Below, piece by piece: positions 45,910 to 55,283 of a stretch of 64,000 nucleotides of DNA (position 1 is its first letter; each line of letters begins with the position of its first letter). A program made the translations under genes and the position numbers. The stretch is from Candidatus Altiarchaeota archaeon (GTDB taxonomy: Archaea; Altiarchaeota; Altiarchaeia; IMC4; SCGC-AAA252-I15): contig JAZDMS010000010.1 in assembly GCA_043800705.1 (NCBI GenBank), forward strand, positions 2,570-66,569, written 5' to 3'. The notes beneath the pieces were generated by a model that saw nothing but the letters and a program-made list of their open reading frames with translations, ran no database searches and was not told the DNA's origin.

Positions 45910-47058
45910 CTAACAATGCTTTGCGTCGGCATCTGCCAAGTACCCCCTCGACGCCATATACCACAGGACGATGATCAAGGGTAAGGCATACTTCTCCCAT
46001 ATGATGAACGAGAAAGCCACGACCAGACAGTTGAAACAGACCATGAGCGATGGAAGGCCGAGCCGCTGAAACCTTAGGACGGCCAAGGCAGCCAACATGT
46101 AATATGCCGCGATGCGCAGAGGCTCTCCAGCGAAGCCAGCCAAGAACGTATCGAATATCCCCATCGTCTTGATGGGATAAACCCCCGGGTTCCCGTAAGG
46201 GGGGAATGACACGAACAACGCAAAGAGCACAACCATAACCGGCACCACAGACTTGCGAGGGCGTCTCAACCACCCGAAGCCGAACAACAATGACTCTACC
46301 AAGACATAATACAACCCGACCATCGAAAGAAGGAAAAGGCTGTATTCCGGATGCAACCCCAACATGGACGGCTTCGGAGAAAGGCCCGGAGGCCCGAATC
46401 CGCCGAAGAGAAGATACCACCCTAAAAGGGACATCGAAGCCATCACATGGGGTGCGGCAGAAGCCAACCGCCTCCTGGAACCTGAAAACAACTCCCATGC
46501 CGCGATGGCAGCGGGGAAGCAGACCATGAACTGCCTTGACGAGACCGCCAGGACGAAGAATAACCCGCTGACCCATCCCTTACCCCGCTCGTAAGCCAGG
46601 AACCCGCACAGCACAAAGAACGACGCCACCATGTCCGTGTATGCGTAGGCGGAAGCCAGCCAGAAATACGGGAACAAGAACAGGCCCACCAAAGGCCGGA
46701 ACCTGCATCCCCTGGCCACGATACAGGCAACCGCGAAGGAGACGAGGAAATTGGTCGCCCTGGCGCCGGAGACACCGAACCCGAAGGTCCGCTCAAGAAG
46801 GGAAAACAGATAAAACACCAGCGGCGTAGGATAGACCCCAGACACCTTCCCGGAATATCCGCGAAGCGCCTCGATATCCGGCATGACCCCCCCTGAAGAG
46901 AAAGCCAAAACGGACGGCCAGAAGAACCGCTCATCGTTTCGCGCATCGAACATTAGCGCCGGCGCGAGGAGGAACGCAATAAGATAAACGGCCATGACGG
47001 CGAACAGGCATCCGTTCTTACAGGAAACCCCCCCCAATACCCGCATAATCCCCTCCAT
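45910..47058 (-). CDS. Polytopic membrane protein, possibly a GT-C glycosyltransferase
   Basis: About 11 TM helices. TATA-like ATATAAATAA about 35 nt upstream. Confidence 0.45.
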   Translation of the reverse strand: MEGIMRVLGGVSCKNGCLFAVMAVYLIAFLLAPALMFDARNDERFFWPSVLAFSSGGVMPDIEALRGYSGKVSGVYPTPLVFYLFSLLERTFGFGVSGARATNFLVSFAVACIVARGCRFRPLVGLFLFPYFWLASAYAYTDMVASFFVLCGFLAYERGKGWVSGLFFVLAVSSRQFMVCFPAAIAAWELFSGSRRRLASAAPHVMASMSLLGWYLLFGGFGPPGLSPKPSMLGLHPEYSLFLLSMVGLYYVLVESLLFGFGWLRRPRKSVVPVMVVLFALFVSFPPYGNPGVYPIKTMGIFDTFLAGFAGEPLRIAAYYMLAALAVLRFQRLGLPSLMVCFNCLVVAFSFIIWEKYALPLIIVLWYMASRGYLADADAKHC

Positions 47059-47116
47059 AACGCATCAGTTTCACATAACCATTGCCGCTAGAATTATTTA
47101 TATCCCGCCAAAAATC

Positions 47117-47205
47117 GGAAGTCTTCTGTCTACTGTTTCCAGTCTTCTGTCTTTGGTTTCCGCTCTTCGGTCTACCGTCTTCAGTTTCCGGTCTTCGGTC
47201 TAGTT
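47117..47205. repeat. Four tandem copies of a 21-nt unit tttccRStcttcKgtctWNNg in the 5' region of the membrane-protein gene
   Basis: Read directly. Units at 47117-47135, 47136-47156, 47157-47177 and 47185-47205. Confidence 0.5.
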
Positions 47206-47242
47206 GAAACTCAGGACAGAGGACTGTGGACTTGATAATAAT

Positions 47243-47420
47243 AATGGGCCCGCCCGGATTCTTGAAAAAGCCTTCGGCTTTTTACATCCAGGCGGGTGCG
47301 TGAGACGAGACGCCAGTGGGAAGATAAGAAATGGGCCCGCCCGGATTTTTCCAAAAAAGCGCCTCGCGCTTTTTACATCCGTGCGGGTTCGCGAGACGAA
47401 TTCGCTTCGGAAAGATACTA
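47243..47420 (-). repeat. Two tandem ~89-nt units, each carrying a copy of the 3'-terminal 17 nt of tRNA-Val plus an A-tract/hairpin/T-tract terminator-like element
   Basis: atgggcccgcccggatt occurs at 47243, 47330 and 47421 (the real tRNA end). The hairpins are gccttcggc and gcgcctcgcgc, each flanked by A5-6 and T5-6. Confidence 0.6.
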
Positions 47421-47421
47421 A

Positions 47422-47496
47422 TGGGCCCGCCCGGATTTGAACCGGGGACCTCCGCCATGTCAAGGCGACGTCATAGCCGGACTAGACCACGAGCCC
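47422..47496 (-). tRNA. tRNA-Val (anticodon GAC)
   Basis: Cloverleaf on the minus strand: acceptor GGGCTCG/CGGGCCC, anticodon stem TCGCC/GGCGG, loop TTGACAT, T-arm CCCGG-TTCAAAT-CCGGG. Confidence 0.8.
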
Positions 47497-47717
47497 TTTT
47501 TTTTGTTGGTTGTTTGTTGTTCTTTTTCCAGAGGGGCTGGAGCGGAGCGGAATGCCCTCCTTCGCCAGCCTTAGTAAGGCTGCCATGAGGCCTTTTTGTG
47601 GGTATTAATAAGTGCTTCAGGGTTTATTAGCGTTAGTTTTTGTTTGTAGCGTGCGTTGTTTTTATCATCAACAACATATTCGCATCGGATTTAAGGCTGT
47701 GATTCGCAGAATTATCC

Positions 47718-49130
47718 ATGGTATCGAGGCAGGCTAGGCGGCGGGGAAACGGAGAGAATCCTCCAAGCCCCGAGGTAAGAGACCTGCCGACGATGCGTTT
47801 CAAAGGCGAGGATTCAAAAAGCAGCCGCGGCTCAGGCAAGCAGGATATGTTACCTGGGATGACGCCCGCCGAAATATTCGCCGTAGGCACGTCTGTTCTG
47901 GGAGCGAAACGCAGGTTATATGGATCAATCCGCCAGGTCGACGGTCGATTGAGGGGCCTCAGCTCCGCGAATGCGGAGGAGGCCCATGCGGCTCGCCAAT
48001 TTCTAGCGGAAACGATGAGCCGGATCACTGGGAGGTCTGTCGAAGCCGATGCATTCCAAAGCGCCGTTTGGCATGATGGTACGGTTTCTTTCAAAGGAGC
48101 AGGGGCATCCAGAGGATTCGCTCGCATGTCAAAAAATGGGGCGTCAGAAGAATACGACGCGGTTTCAGAAAAGCTGGGTTTTCAGGGCACAGGAGGCGTC
48201 TGTTTCAGGGGGGCGGGCAGGAGCGTCGGCGAGGAGGGGGGTGTCACTTTCGTCCGCTCCATCCGTCGAAAAGATGTGATCTCACATGAGGCTGAGCACA
48301 GAGCGGACTTACTGGTCAGGGAGAGGTATCTGGCCAATCGTGCAATCACCGAATTAAAATCGTTTTCCAGAAACGTTCAGGCAGGGACTTGGAGCTGGGA
48401 GCAGGTTAAAAGGAGTTTTTTCGATTATTATATGAAGAAGAATTGGGGCACCCATCGGTTGTCGGCGGAAGAGCTGAGGGATGCAAGGAAGCAGATAGTG
48501 CGGGCGGTCGATAACGCGGAGAAGCTGGTCGAAAAGGTGGCCGATGAGCATCTGAAAAAAGGTTACTCGCCGGAAGACTCCCGCAAGCGCGGATACCAGC
48601 GGCTGAGGAACATACTCGAAGGCTCCCTGATGCTCGGTCAATTCAACGAAGTCGCGGAAGACGTCCTCTCGGGGAGGATAGGCAGCAGGGAGGCCGTCAA
48701 CTCGAACCTGCGAAAATCTCAGCGGATGCTTTCGGAGACGAGGCCGGCTCCGTGGATGCCAAGCCGGGAGACTGGAACCAAGGCCGTCCCCCCTTCAGTC
48801 AACCTGGGGCGGCGTGTCGGCCTCCTGGAGCGGGTTGTCGATGCCCCTTTCCCTGCTGGTGGGGGGAGGATTGCTGGCAGGGTTCGCCTCATTGGTCCTG
48901 CCGAGGATGTGGTGGACGACCTGCTTCAAGAGCGGTTTCGGCTGTCATCGGACCGTTTCCGGCGGGTCGTCGAATCTCAAAGCGCAGAGCGTAGCATGGG
49001 GGCTGTCAAAGAAGATCGTGTGAGGCCCGCGAAGGAGGATCTGGTAGCGGACGGTCGGTCGGAGGATGACGAACGGGAGGCATCAGATCCGGAAGCTAAA
49101 CCGAAGCGTCACAAGGGTTCTGATCAATGA
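47718..49130 (+). CDS. Hypothetical hydrophilic 470-aa protein with no recognisable domains
   Basis: Long ORF with host-like GC, next to the tRNA-Val repeat cluster. Confidence 0.45.
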   Translation: MVSRQARRRGNGENPPSPEVRDLPTMRFKGEDSKSSRGSGKQDMLPGMTPAEIFAVGTSVLGAKRRLYGSIRQVDGRLRGLSSANAEEAHAARQFLAETMSRITGRSVEADAFQSAVWHDGTVSFKGAGASRGFARMSKNGASEEYDAVSEKLGFQGTGGVCFRGAGRSVGEEGGVTFVRSIRRKDVISHEAEHRADLLVRERYLANRAITELKSFSRNVQAGTWSWEQVKRSFFDYYMKKNWGTHRLSAEELRDARKQIVRAVDNAEKLVEKVADEHLKKGYSPEDSRKRGYQRLRNILEGSLMLGQFNEVAEDVLSGRIGSREAVNSNLRKSQRMLSETRPAPWMPSRETGTKAVPPSVNLGRRVGLLERVVDAPFPAGGGRIAGRVRLIGPAEDVVDDLLQERFRLSSDRFRRVVESQSAERSMGAVKEDRVRPAKEDLVADGRSEDDEREASDPEAKPKRHKGSDQ

Positions 49131-49175
49131 GATAAAAAAACAATTTGGGGGATTCTATCCCCATCCTTTGTTGGT

Positions 49176-49367
49176 TTATCGCTTCCTCTTCGTCACCCTC
49201 TTCTTCGAGTGTGCTTGGGGCTTGTGTTTGATCCTGGGGCCTCTTCCGAATCCGCATGCCGCGCATTCCTTCTTCCTCTGGTGGTAGCTTTTCTTTCCGC
49301 AGCGGGGGCATGTGACGTGGGTCTTCCTCTTTCCCCTTTTCCCGTGGCTTGTCGTTCCTTTCGTCAT
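49176..49367 (-). CDS. rpl37e: 50S ribosomal protein L37e
   Basis: Zn ribbon [21 protein letters not shown]. Confidence 0.9.
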   Translation of the reverse strand: MTKGTTSHGKRGKRKTHVTCPRCGKKSYHQRKKECAACGFGRGPRIKHKPQAHSKKRVTKRKR

Positions 49368-49380
49368 TTTGGGGCTCCCT

Positions 49381-49587
49381 TTAGCTTATGAAGAGGATCA
49401 TGTCTCCGCGCAGGAACACTCTCCTGAACTTCTTCCCTACGTCGCCGTCCTGGAATTCTGCATCCTCCAGTACGAGGTTTATGTGTATGTCAAAGGCTTT
49501 TAGTTTGCCCCTGATCTCCATGCCGTTCTTCAGTCTCACGAGGATTTGGTTGTCCAATAGTTCGCCCAATGCGTCCAATGGTTTCAT
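49381..49587 (-). CDS. Sm-like (LSm/SmAP) protein
   Basis: Sm1 and Sm2 motifs ([20 protein letters not shown]...RGDMILFIS). Confidence 0.9.
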   Translation of the reverse strand: MKPLDALGELLDNQILVRLKNGMEIRGKLKAFDIHINLVLEDAEFQDGDVGKKFRRVFLRGDMILFIS

Positions 49588-49656
49588 AGAAACACCTTTA
49601 AAATAATAATTTAGTTGTTTGTTTTAGATTATGTTCGCAGCCTTTAAAAATGTGTT

Positions 49657-50739
49657 TTGTCCCGTGTTCAGGATGTTCATATAGGTCCGCACTCATATCT
49701 TATCATGTCTTTTTGCCGTGAGCTGCGCCTTCACATCGGAAAGGTCCGCTCCGAGATGGGGAAGGTGGGCGCAGGCGCGTATTTCGGTTCGGGGGAGGTC
49801 GATGCCCTGTATCTCACTGGCAGGGAGACGGGTCGGGTGCTGGTGACTCAGTCGTCTGCAGTCCTCTGGGTCAAGGACGTTTATTTAGACCTGTATCACG
49901 ACCTTTACTCCTCTGGCGGGTATCCCCTGGAGGTGAGGGTCCACGACAAGGGCGATGTCGAGTCTTTCCTTAGGGGGATGCGTTCGAAGAGTGTATGCGT
50001 GTCTTCCGCGGACCAGAAGGAGGCCATGGGGAAGGCCTCCAATAAGCCGGTGTTCGTCGGCGACTTGGTCAAGGTCGCCCGGTCGGTGAAGACAAGGTGG
50101 GAGATCGGGTGTATAAGGAAGTCTTGCAGGATAGCTAAGGCAGGGATGCGGAAGGCGCGTGAGGTCATTGGCGTGGGCGTGCGGGAGTTGGATGCTGTTG
50201 CGGAGATAGAGGGCGAGATCCGAAGGAGGGGGTCGGAGGCGCCTCCGTTCAAGGGCGGCATGCTTCTTGCATCGGGCAGGCGTTCGGCTGACATCCATGC
50301 GAAGGCGTCTCTCAGGCGGATCGGCGACGGTCCGGTCGTTGTCGACCTGGGCGCCGTCTGCCGCGGATATTTCTCTGACATGACCCGGACATTTGCAGCC
50401 GGCCGCGTCTCCTCAGATGAACGATCTGTGATGTCGTTCGTGAAGGGCCTGCGCGACGAGGCCATAGACATGATCCGGCCTGGGATGTATGCGTCTTCGG
50501 TGCATCGGTTCGTGGACGGGCGGATCGAGGCTAAAGGCTATAAGTTCCATCATTTGAGCGGCCACGGCGTCGGCTTGGAGATACATGAGAATCCGAGCTT
50601 CAACCCCGACAATAGAATGCGTCTGAAGGCTGGGATGGTGTTCACAGTCGAGCCCGGGGTCTATCTGCCCGGCAGGTTCGGCGTCAGGTTCGAGGATACG
50701 GTCATATTGGCTAAGGGCGGCTGCGTCAAGCTCACTTAG
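49657..50739 (+). CDS. M24 family Xaa-Pro dipeptidase/aminopeptidase
   Basis: HGVGLEIHE and FTVEPG metal-ligand motifs. The start may be the downstream MSFCRELR. Confidence 0.8.
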   Translation: MSRVQDVHIGPHSYLIMSFCRELRLHIGKVRSEMGKVGAGAYFGSGEVDALYLTGRETGRVLVTQSSAVLWVKDVYLDLYHDLYSSGGYPLEVRVHDKGDVESFLRGMRSKSVCVSSADQKEAMGKASNKPVFVGDLVKVARSVKTRWEIGCIRKSCRIAKAGMRKAREVIGVGVRELDAVAEIEGEIRRRGSEAPPFKGGMLLASGRRSADIHAKASLRRIGDGPVVVDLGAVCRGYFSDMTRTFAAGRVSSDERSVMSFVKGLRDEAIDMIRPGMYASSVHRFVDGRIEAKGYKFHHLSGHGVGLEIHENPSFNPDNRMRLKAGMVFTVEPGVYLPGRFGVRFEDTVILAKGGCVKLT

Positions 50740-51004
50740 CCTTCATCTTCAGGTATTTGTGCGTCAGCCTCATCGCGTACGGCGTCTGGTCCGGAATCTT
50801 ATCCCTGGTTGTCCTATGGTCCTCAGCCACCATTTCGGCTGTGTGCTCGAGGATGGCCTTCCTCTCCTCCTTCGTCAGTGCGTTCCATATGTCTTTTGTG
50901 AGTTGGGCCTCCTCCTGGGAGGGTATGCCTTCGTCGGTGAATGGGAGGGATGCGATTCTTCTTTCAAACATTTCCCCGACCCCGATGAGCATCTCCCCGC
51001 TCAT
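50732..51004 (-). CDS. Small hypothetical protein
   Basis: A 90-aa ORF; not recognised. Confidence 0.3.
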   Translation of the reverse strand: MSGEMLIGVGEMFERRIASLPFTDEGIPSQEEAQLTKDIWNALTKEERKAILEHTAEMVAEDHRTTRDKIPDQTPYAMRLTHKYLKMKAK

Positions 51005-51205
51005 CGTTTGCCCTCTACAGCCCTTGAGGCCTTTTTGGGGGTGTATCTTGCAGCATGGTCGTTTAGGAGGTTGAAACGAGTGGGTATGGGGCCGATCATG
51101 TCGTCTTCTTTCAGCGGATTTGGCAGGTCGGTTTCCGATGTCGCCACCTTTCGCGCCTCTTTCGAAGCCATGGTTATTATCTTCCTGTTCTGCTATAAAT
51201 AATCC

Positions 51206-51526
51206 ATGGGCCGCTCGAGGGATAAGGGGGAGCAGAGGGATATTGCGCTCGAACGCGTCATGTTGCTTCTTGCCCAGGCCGAGTCTTTGGCGTCTGGGGG
51301 CGATCCGGGTTCAGCGTCTTCGAGGGTGAGGCTGGCGAACAGGATATGTCTCCGTTTCAATCTGCGCCTTCCGCCTGTTTTGAGGCTGCGGTACTGCCGC
51401 GGGTGCCTGTCGTATTTCACGTTATCGAATTCCCGCCGCAGGCTGGATCCGAGGAATCGGAGGCTTGTGGTCAGATGCCTCGCCTGTGGTAGATGCGCAT
51501 ACCGCCCGTATTTCAAGAAGGCTTAG
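51206..51526 (+). CDS. rnp4: RNase P protein component 4 (Rpp21/Rpr2)
   Basis: Zn ribbon CRGC...CLAC and about 105 aa. Confidence 0.65.
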   Translation: MGRSRDKGEQRDIALERVMLLLAQAESLASGGDPGSASSRVRLANRICLRFNLRLPPVLRLRYCRGCLSYFTLSNSRRRLDPRNRRLVVRCLACGRCAYRPYFKKA

Positions 51527-54500
51527 TCTTCTTCTTCACGAAACTTGTGATGTTGAGCATCAGCTTCTCGGCTGGTGACGGGGTCTTTGGCTGATTCGGC
51601 TCTGCGGCCTGCGGGGGTTTTGTTGTCTGTGCGGGAGGCTCCTGAGGCGGCGTTTTCACTGGCTCTTGCGGTTTCTTTTCATCCTTAGGTATGAGGGTTA
51701 TCCTGTGGCGTATGCCCTTCTTGCCTGAGCCGGCCGACGGCTGCGGTATTTGAGGCTTCGGCTGCTGGGGTATTGTCTGCGGGGCTTTTGGCGGTATTGT
51801 CTGGGGTTTGGGTTGTTGGGGCGGCGTCTGTTGCATCGGCTGTGTTGTCTGCTGTTTGGGTTGTTGGGGTATTGTCTGCGGGGCTTTTGGCGGTATTGTC
51901 TGGGGTTTGGGTTGTTGGGGCGGCGTCTGTTGCATCGGCTGTGTTGTCTGCGGCTTAGGCTGCATCGGTCTCATGGGGCCCGACTGCGTTGTGGCCGGCC
52001 TGGCCACCGGTTGTGTAAGTGGTCTCTGCATCTGCGGCATCGGGAATTTACCTGGAGGCTGCGGCTTGTATCCAGGCTGCGGCATCGGCGGCCTCTGAGG
52101 CTGGCCTGGCATCCTCGGCGGCAGCTGCCCCGGCGGAATCGGCCTGTACTGTCCCTGCGGCATCTGCTTGTATTGCATTGATACTGTCGACGGCTGTTTC
52201 TTGAGTATGATCGCTGCTGCGAGGATGAGGAGCGCGATGGTGACTACTACCGTAGAATTCATCCATCCCGAGGATGAGGTCGTCGGGGTCTGGGCTTTGT
52301 TCGAGTTGTCGATGATCTTCCTCGCCTTGGCATATCCGGCATAGTCTCCGCTTTCGTTGAACTTCCTTGACGCGTTCTCCGCGTATTCGGCGGCCTTCTT
52401 GAAATACGCCCCCCTCCAGTACAATTCCGCGTCGTTGTAGAGCATATTGGCCTCATACATATTGTTGGCTTTCTGGTAGAGCTTCAGCGATTTTTCGAAT
52501 CCCTCCGCGCTCGTGTTCTCGAACCATTTCATGGCCTCCTTCGCGTTCTCTGTCGCGTTTTCGAAGCTGCTCCTGTTGAGGGCTGCGGCCGCGGCGGCAT
52601 ATGATTCATCGCCTTTTATGGTGTCTACGGTCCTGTCAATCTTCGCCATATCCTCGGTCCTTCCCGCAAGTTCGAACGATTTTTTCGCGAATCCGAGGAG
52701 CATCTTGGCGGTATCGAGCCTGCCTTCCTTCAGCGCGCTCATCCCGTCCTCGTAGTACGTCTGCGCATTGTCCTGGTTTTTGGTGATTACTGTGAGATTC
52801 TGGCATTTAATGATGCCTTCGGTGTCGTTCAGGCTCCTGAAGAACGTCTTTGCGGCTTCGATGTATACCGACGCGTTGGAGTGCAGTCCGCTGTCGAAGT
52901 AGTATTTTCCTTCGAGGTAGTATTTTTCGGCCTCGATCCTGCGGAAGAGTATGTCGCTCCTGTCCATCCCCCCCGTGTCGTTTACCTGCCTGTAAGTTTC
53001 GGCCGCCCTCTGCAGCTGCTGCCCTGCGTCTTCGAAGTCGCCTTGCTCGTAGAGTCTCTGCGCGTCCTGGAGGATCCTGTCCGAGTCGATGCTCTCCAGG
53101 AGGTCGTCGCATTTGTCTATGCCCCTGATGTACTTGACCTTCGCGTATATCTCGCGGGCCTGGTTGATGAGGGGTATGGCTTCCGCGAAGTTGCCGACTC
53201 CCTTTTGTTCGAGGGCTTTGAGGTAGAGTGCGTCGCCTACCCCTATGCTCCTGCCCCTTCTGTCCCCGAATAGGTAGACTTTTCCGTTATCTGAGCCGAT
53301 GGCTATCTCCGGGGACCCGTCGCCTGTGAGGTCCGCGACCGCCGGCGATGACCTGACCGCGGACCCGGTATCGTGGCTGAACCTCCGGACGCCGGGGTAG
53401 TCGACGATGTAGAAGCTGCCTTCGTTGCTGCCGAATATGACCTCGATCGTGCCGTCGCCGTCGAGGTCGGCTAGCGCAGGGGAGGATTCGATCGGCTTGC
53501 TGAGCGTATACGTCCTGTTGTCCGTCCCGTCGGAGTTGACGAAATGGAGGTTTTTATCGCCGGCTCCGACTGCCAGCCCGTATCCTCCTTCGGGGAACAC
53601 GTCCCCGACCGCCGTGGATGATCTGATCGGACTGTCGATCGTGTGATTCCACAGGAGTCCGAGGCCGCTCAGGCTGATCGTGTCGGTGCCCCACACATCG
53701 TCTACCCGGACCCTCCTCGTCTCGGCAGTGCCCATCCACTGTATCTCCAGCCTGTATATCACTCCGTCCTCGGAGCCGACGATTATCCTCCCGGATTCGT
53801 CTATGGTCGGGGTCGCGCTAATGTCCCCCTTCGTAAGGTACTGCCAGACCTTGTAGGGGGGGTATTTCAGGACATAGATGATGTTGTCCGCTGAACCGAT
53901 GATGATCTCGTCTTTCCCGTCGATGTCGATGTCGTATATGGCTGGCGAGGAGTCGATCTTGTCCAGCGTCTTGTACGACCAGTCCTCGACTCCCTTGGAG
54001 TTGAGGGCGTATATCCTTCCATCCTCGGATCCGAACACTATCTTGTTGTCGGACTGCGGGTCGGTCTCGATGAGTGCGGGCGAAGACCTGACAGGCCCCC
54101 CCGTGGAGAAGTTCCATATGTGCCTTCCGCGGCTGTCCAAGAGGTAGAGCCTGCCGTCGTCGGAGCCGATGAGTATTTCGGTCTTTTGGTCTTTGAAGAC
54201 GTCAGCCGCGGTCGGCGACGACCTGACCGGCCCGCCGGTCTTGAACCTCCATTCAACCTCGCCCTGATAATCCAGGGCATAGACGTATCCGTCGGCGGAT
54301 CCGAACACGATCTCCTTGATGCCGTCCATGTCTATGTCTGATATCACCGGCGAGGACTCGACCTGGCCCCCCGTCTGGTAGTCCCAGAGGGCTCCGAAGT
54401 CGCTCATGTTGCACCAGGTTTCCGCGTCGCTCTCCCCGGTCCGCAGGAAATTCCCCCTGAACGTGGGCCAGTCTGCGGCCGCGGCGTTCTGTGCCAGGAT

Positions 54501-54533
54501 TAGTAGGATCGCGAGGTATGGGGCGCTTCTCAT
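51513..54533 (-). CDS. Large surface protein (signal peptide, PQQ-like beta-propeller repeats, a helical/TPR-like region, one TM helix and a Pro/Gln-rich repetitive tail)
   Basis: N-terminal signal MRSAPYLAILLILAQNAAAA. Repeats of the BamB/PQQ type (DGxxYALD...W). TM VVVTIALLILAAAIIL. The tail consists of QPKPQT-like repeats. Confidence 0.7.
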   Translation of the reverse strand: MRSAPYLAILLILAQNAAAADWPTFRGNFLRTGESDAETWCNMSDFGALWDYQTGGQVESSPVISDIDMDGIKEIVFGSADGYVYALDYQGEVEWRFKTGGPVRSSPTAADVFKDQKTEILIGSDDGRLYLLDSRGRHIWNFSTGGPVRSSPALIETDPQSDNKIVFGSEDGRIYALNSKGVEDWSYKTLDKIDSSPAIYDIDIDGKDEIIIGSADNIIYVLKYPPYKVWQYLTKGDISATPTIDESGRIIVGSEDGVIYRLEIQWMGTAETRRVRVDDVWGTDTISLSGLGLLWNHTIDSPIRSSTAVGDVFPEGGYGLAVGAGDKNLHFVNSDGTDNRTYTLSKPIESSPALADLDGDGTIEVIFGSNEGSFYIVDYPGVRRFSHDTGSAVRSSPAVADLTGDGSPEIAIGSDNGKVYLFGDRRGRSIGVGDALYLKALEQKGVGNFAEAIPLINQAREIYAKVKYIRGIDKCDDLLESIDSDRILQDAQRLYEQGDFEDAGQQLQRAAETYRQVNDTGGMDRSDILFRRIEAEKYYLEGKYYFDSGLHSNASVYIEAAKTFFRSLNDTEGIIKCQNLTVITKNQDNAQTYYEDGMSALKEGRLDTAKMLLGFAKKSFELAGRTEDMAKIDRTVDTIKGDESYAAAAAALNRSSFENATENAKEAMKWFENTSAEGFEKSLKLYQKANNMYEANMLYNDAELYWRGAYFKKAAEYAENASRKFNESGDYAGYAKARKIIDNSNKAQTPTTSSSGWMNSTVVVTIALLILAAAIILKKQPSTVSMQYKQMPQGQYRPIPPGQLPPRMPGQPQRPPMPQPGYKPQPPGKFPMPQMQRPLTQPVARPATTQSGPMRPMQPKPQTTQPMQQTPPQQPKPQTIPPKAPQTIPQQPKQQTTQPMQQTPPQQPKPQTIPPKAPQTIPQQPKPQIPQPSAGSGKKGIRHRITLIPKDEKKPQEPVKTPPQEPPAQTTKPPQAAEPNQPKTPSPAEKLMLNITSFVKKKTKPS
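51767..51964 (-). repeat. Near-perfect 99-bp (33-aa) in-frame tandem duplication inside the PQ-rich tail
   Basis: ggggtattgtctgcggggcttttggcggtattgtctggggtttgggttgttggggcggcgtctgttgcatcggctgtgttgtctgc occurs twice consecutively. It encodes QTTQPMQQTPPQQPKPQTIPPKAPQTIPQQPKx twice. Confidence 0.7.
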
Positions 54534-54569
54534 AGGGTTAATTAATGATGCGACTAAATCATATTAATA

Positions 54570-55283
54570 GTGAAGATGAGAAGCGTCAGCGGTCGGGGGC
54601 AGAGCGGCATCGAGCTCATCGTCGGCGTGGCACTCATCCTGGTGGTCTTTTTAATCGTGGTCCTGATGGTCATGGACAAGACCGCAGAGACCTCGAGGGT
54701 AAAAAGTCTCATCGACGCGCAGAGGGTCGGTGTCAGCATGAGGGACAACATCAACATGATAAACGATGAGGGTCCGGGATACTATGCCTACGTCTCGATT
54801 CCCGAGCGCATCCATGGCGGATACGAGTACGACATCATTGCGAGGAACAATGTCCTGGAGATCGTCTGGGAGGACAACGCGTGGACGACGAAGGTCATTC
54901 CCACGAACGTGACCATATACTGCCTCGACAAGGGTTACACCCTTAAAAACAGGATATTCTACGGCTCTGAAGGCATCGAGGTGACCTGCAACCGCCCGAA
55001 TCTGAGAGTCGTTCCTCACACCGTCGTCAGAACCCCTGGCAAGACCACAATCGACGTAGTGAACGACGCGCACGTCGACGCAGGTATTTTCAGGACGAGA
55101 TTCCAGACCAACTCCACGCCCTCGACATCATTCGCTGTCACGGCGGGGCTTGCTGCGGGCGATACTACAACCCTGGAATTCAACCTGCAAGCCAACAACT
55201 TCACATATTTCGCCGTCGACTATCTCGGCGACGTAAACGAGAGCATCGAATCCGACAACGGGATGAACGAGACCCTATCATGA
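54570..55283 (+). CDS. Type IV pilin-like protein with a class III signal peptide
   Basis: RG|QSGIELIVGVALILVVFLIVVL has Q at +1, E at +5 and a hydrophobic helix. There are many N-x-S/T sequons. TATA-like ttaattaat about 28 nt upstream. Confidence 0.6.
   Translation: MKMRSVSGRGQSGIELIVGVALILVVFLIVVLMVMDKTAETSRVKSLIDAQRVGVSMRDNINMINDEGPGYYAYVSIPERIHGGYEYDIIARNNVLEIVWEDNAWTTKVIPTNVTIYCLDKGYTLKNRIFYGSEGIEVTCNRPNLRVVPHTVVRTPGKTTIDVVNDAHVDAGIFRTRFQTNSTPSTSFAVTAGLAAGDTTTLEFNLQANNFTYFAVDYLGDVNESIESDNGMNETLS

Noticed and set aside
47243-47420. Possible CRISPR array
   Set aside because: There are only two units, each beginning with the tRNA-Val 3' end and containing terminator-like hairpins. There are no spacer-like unique segments of regular length and no cas genes.
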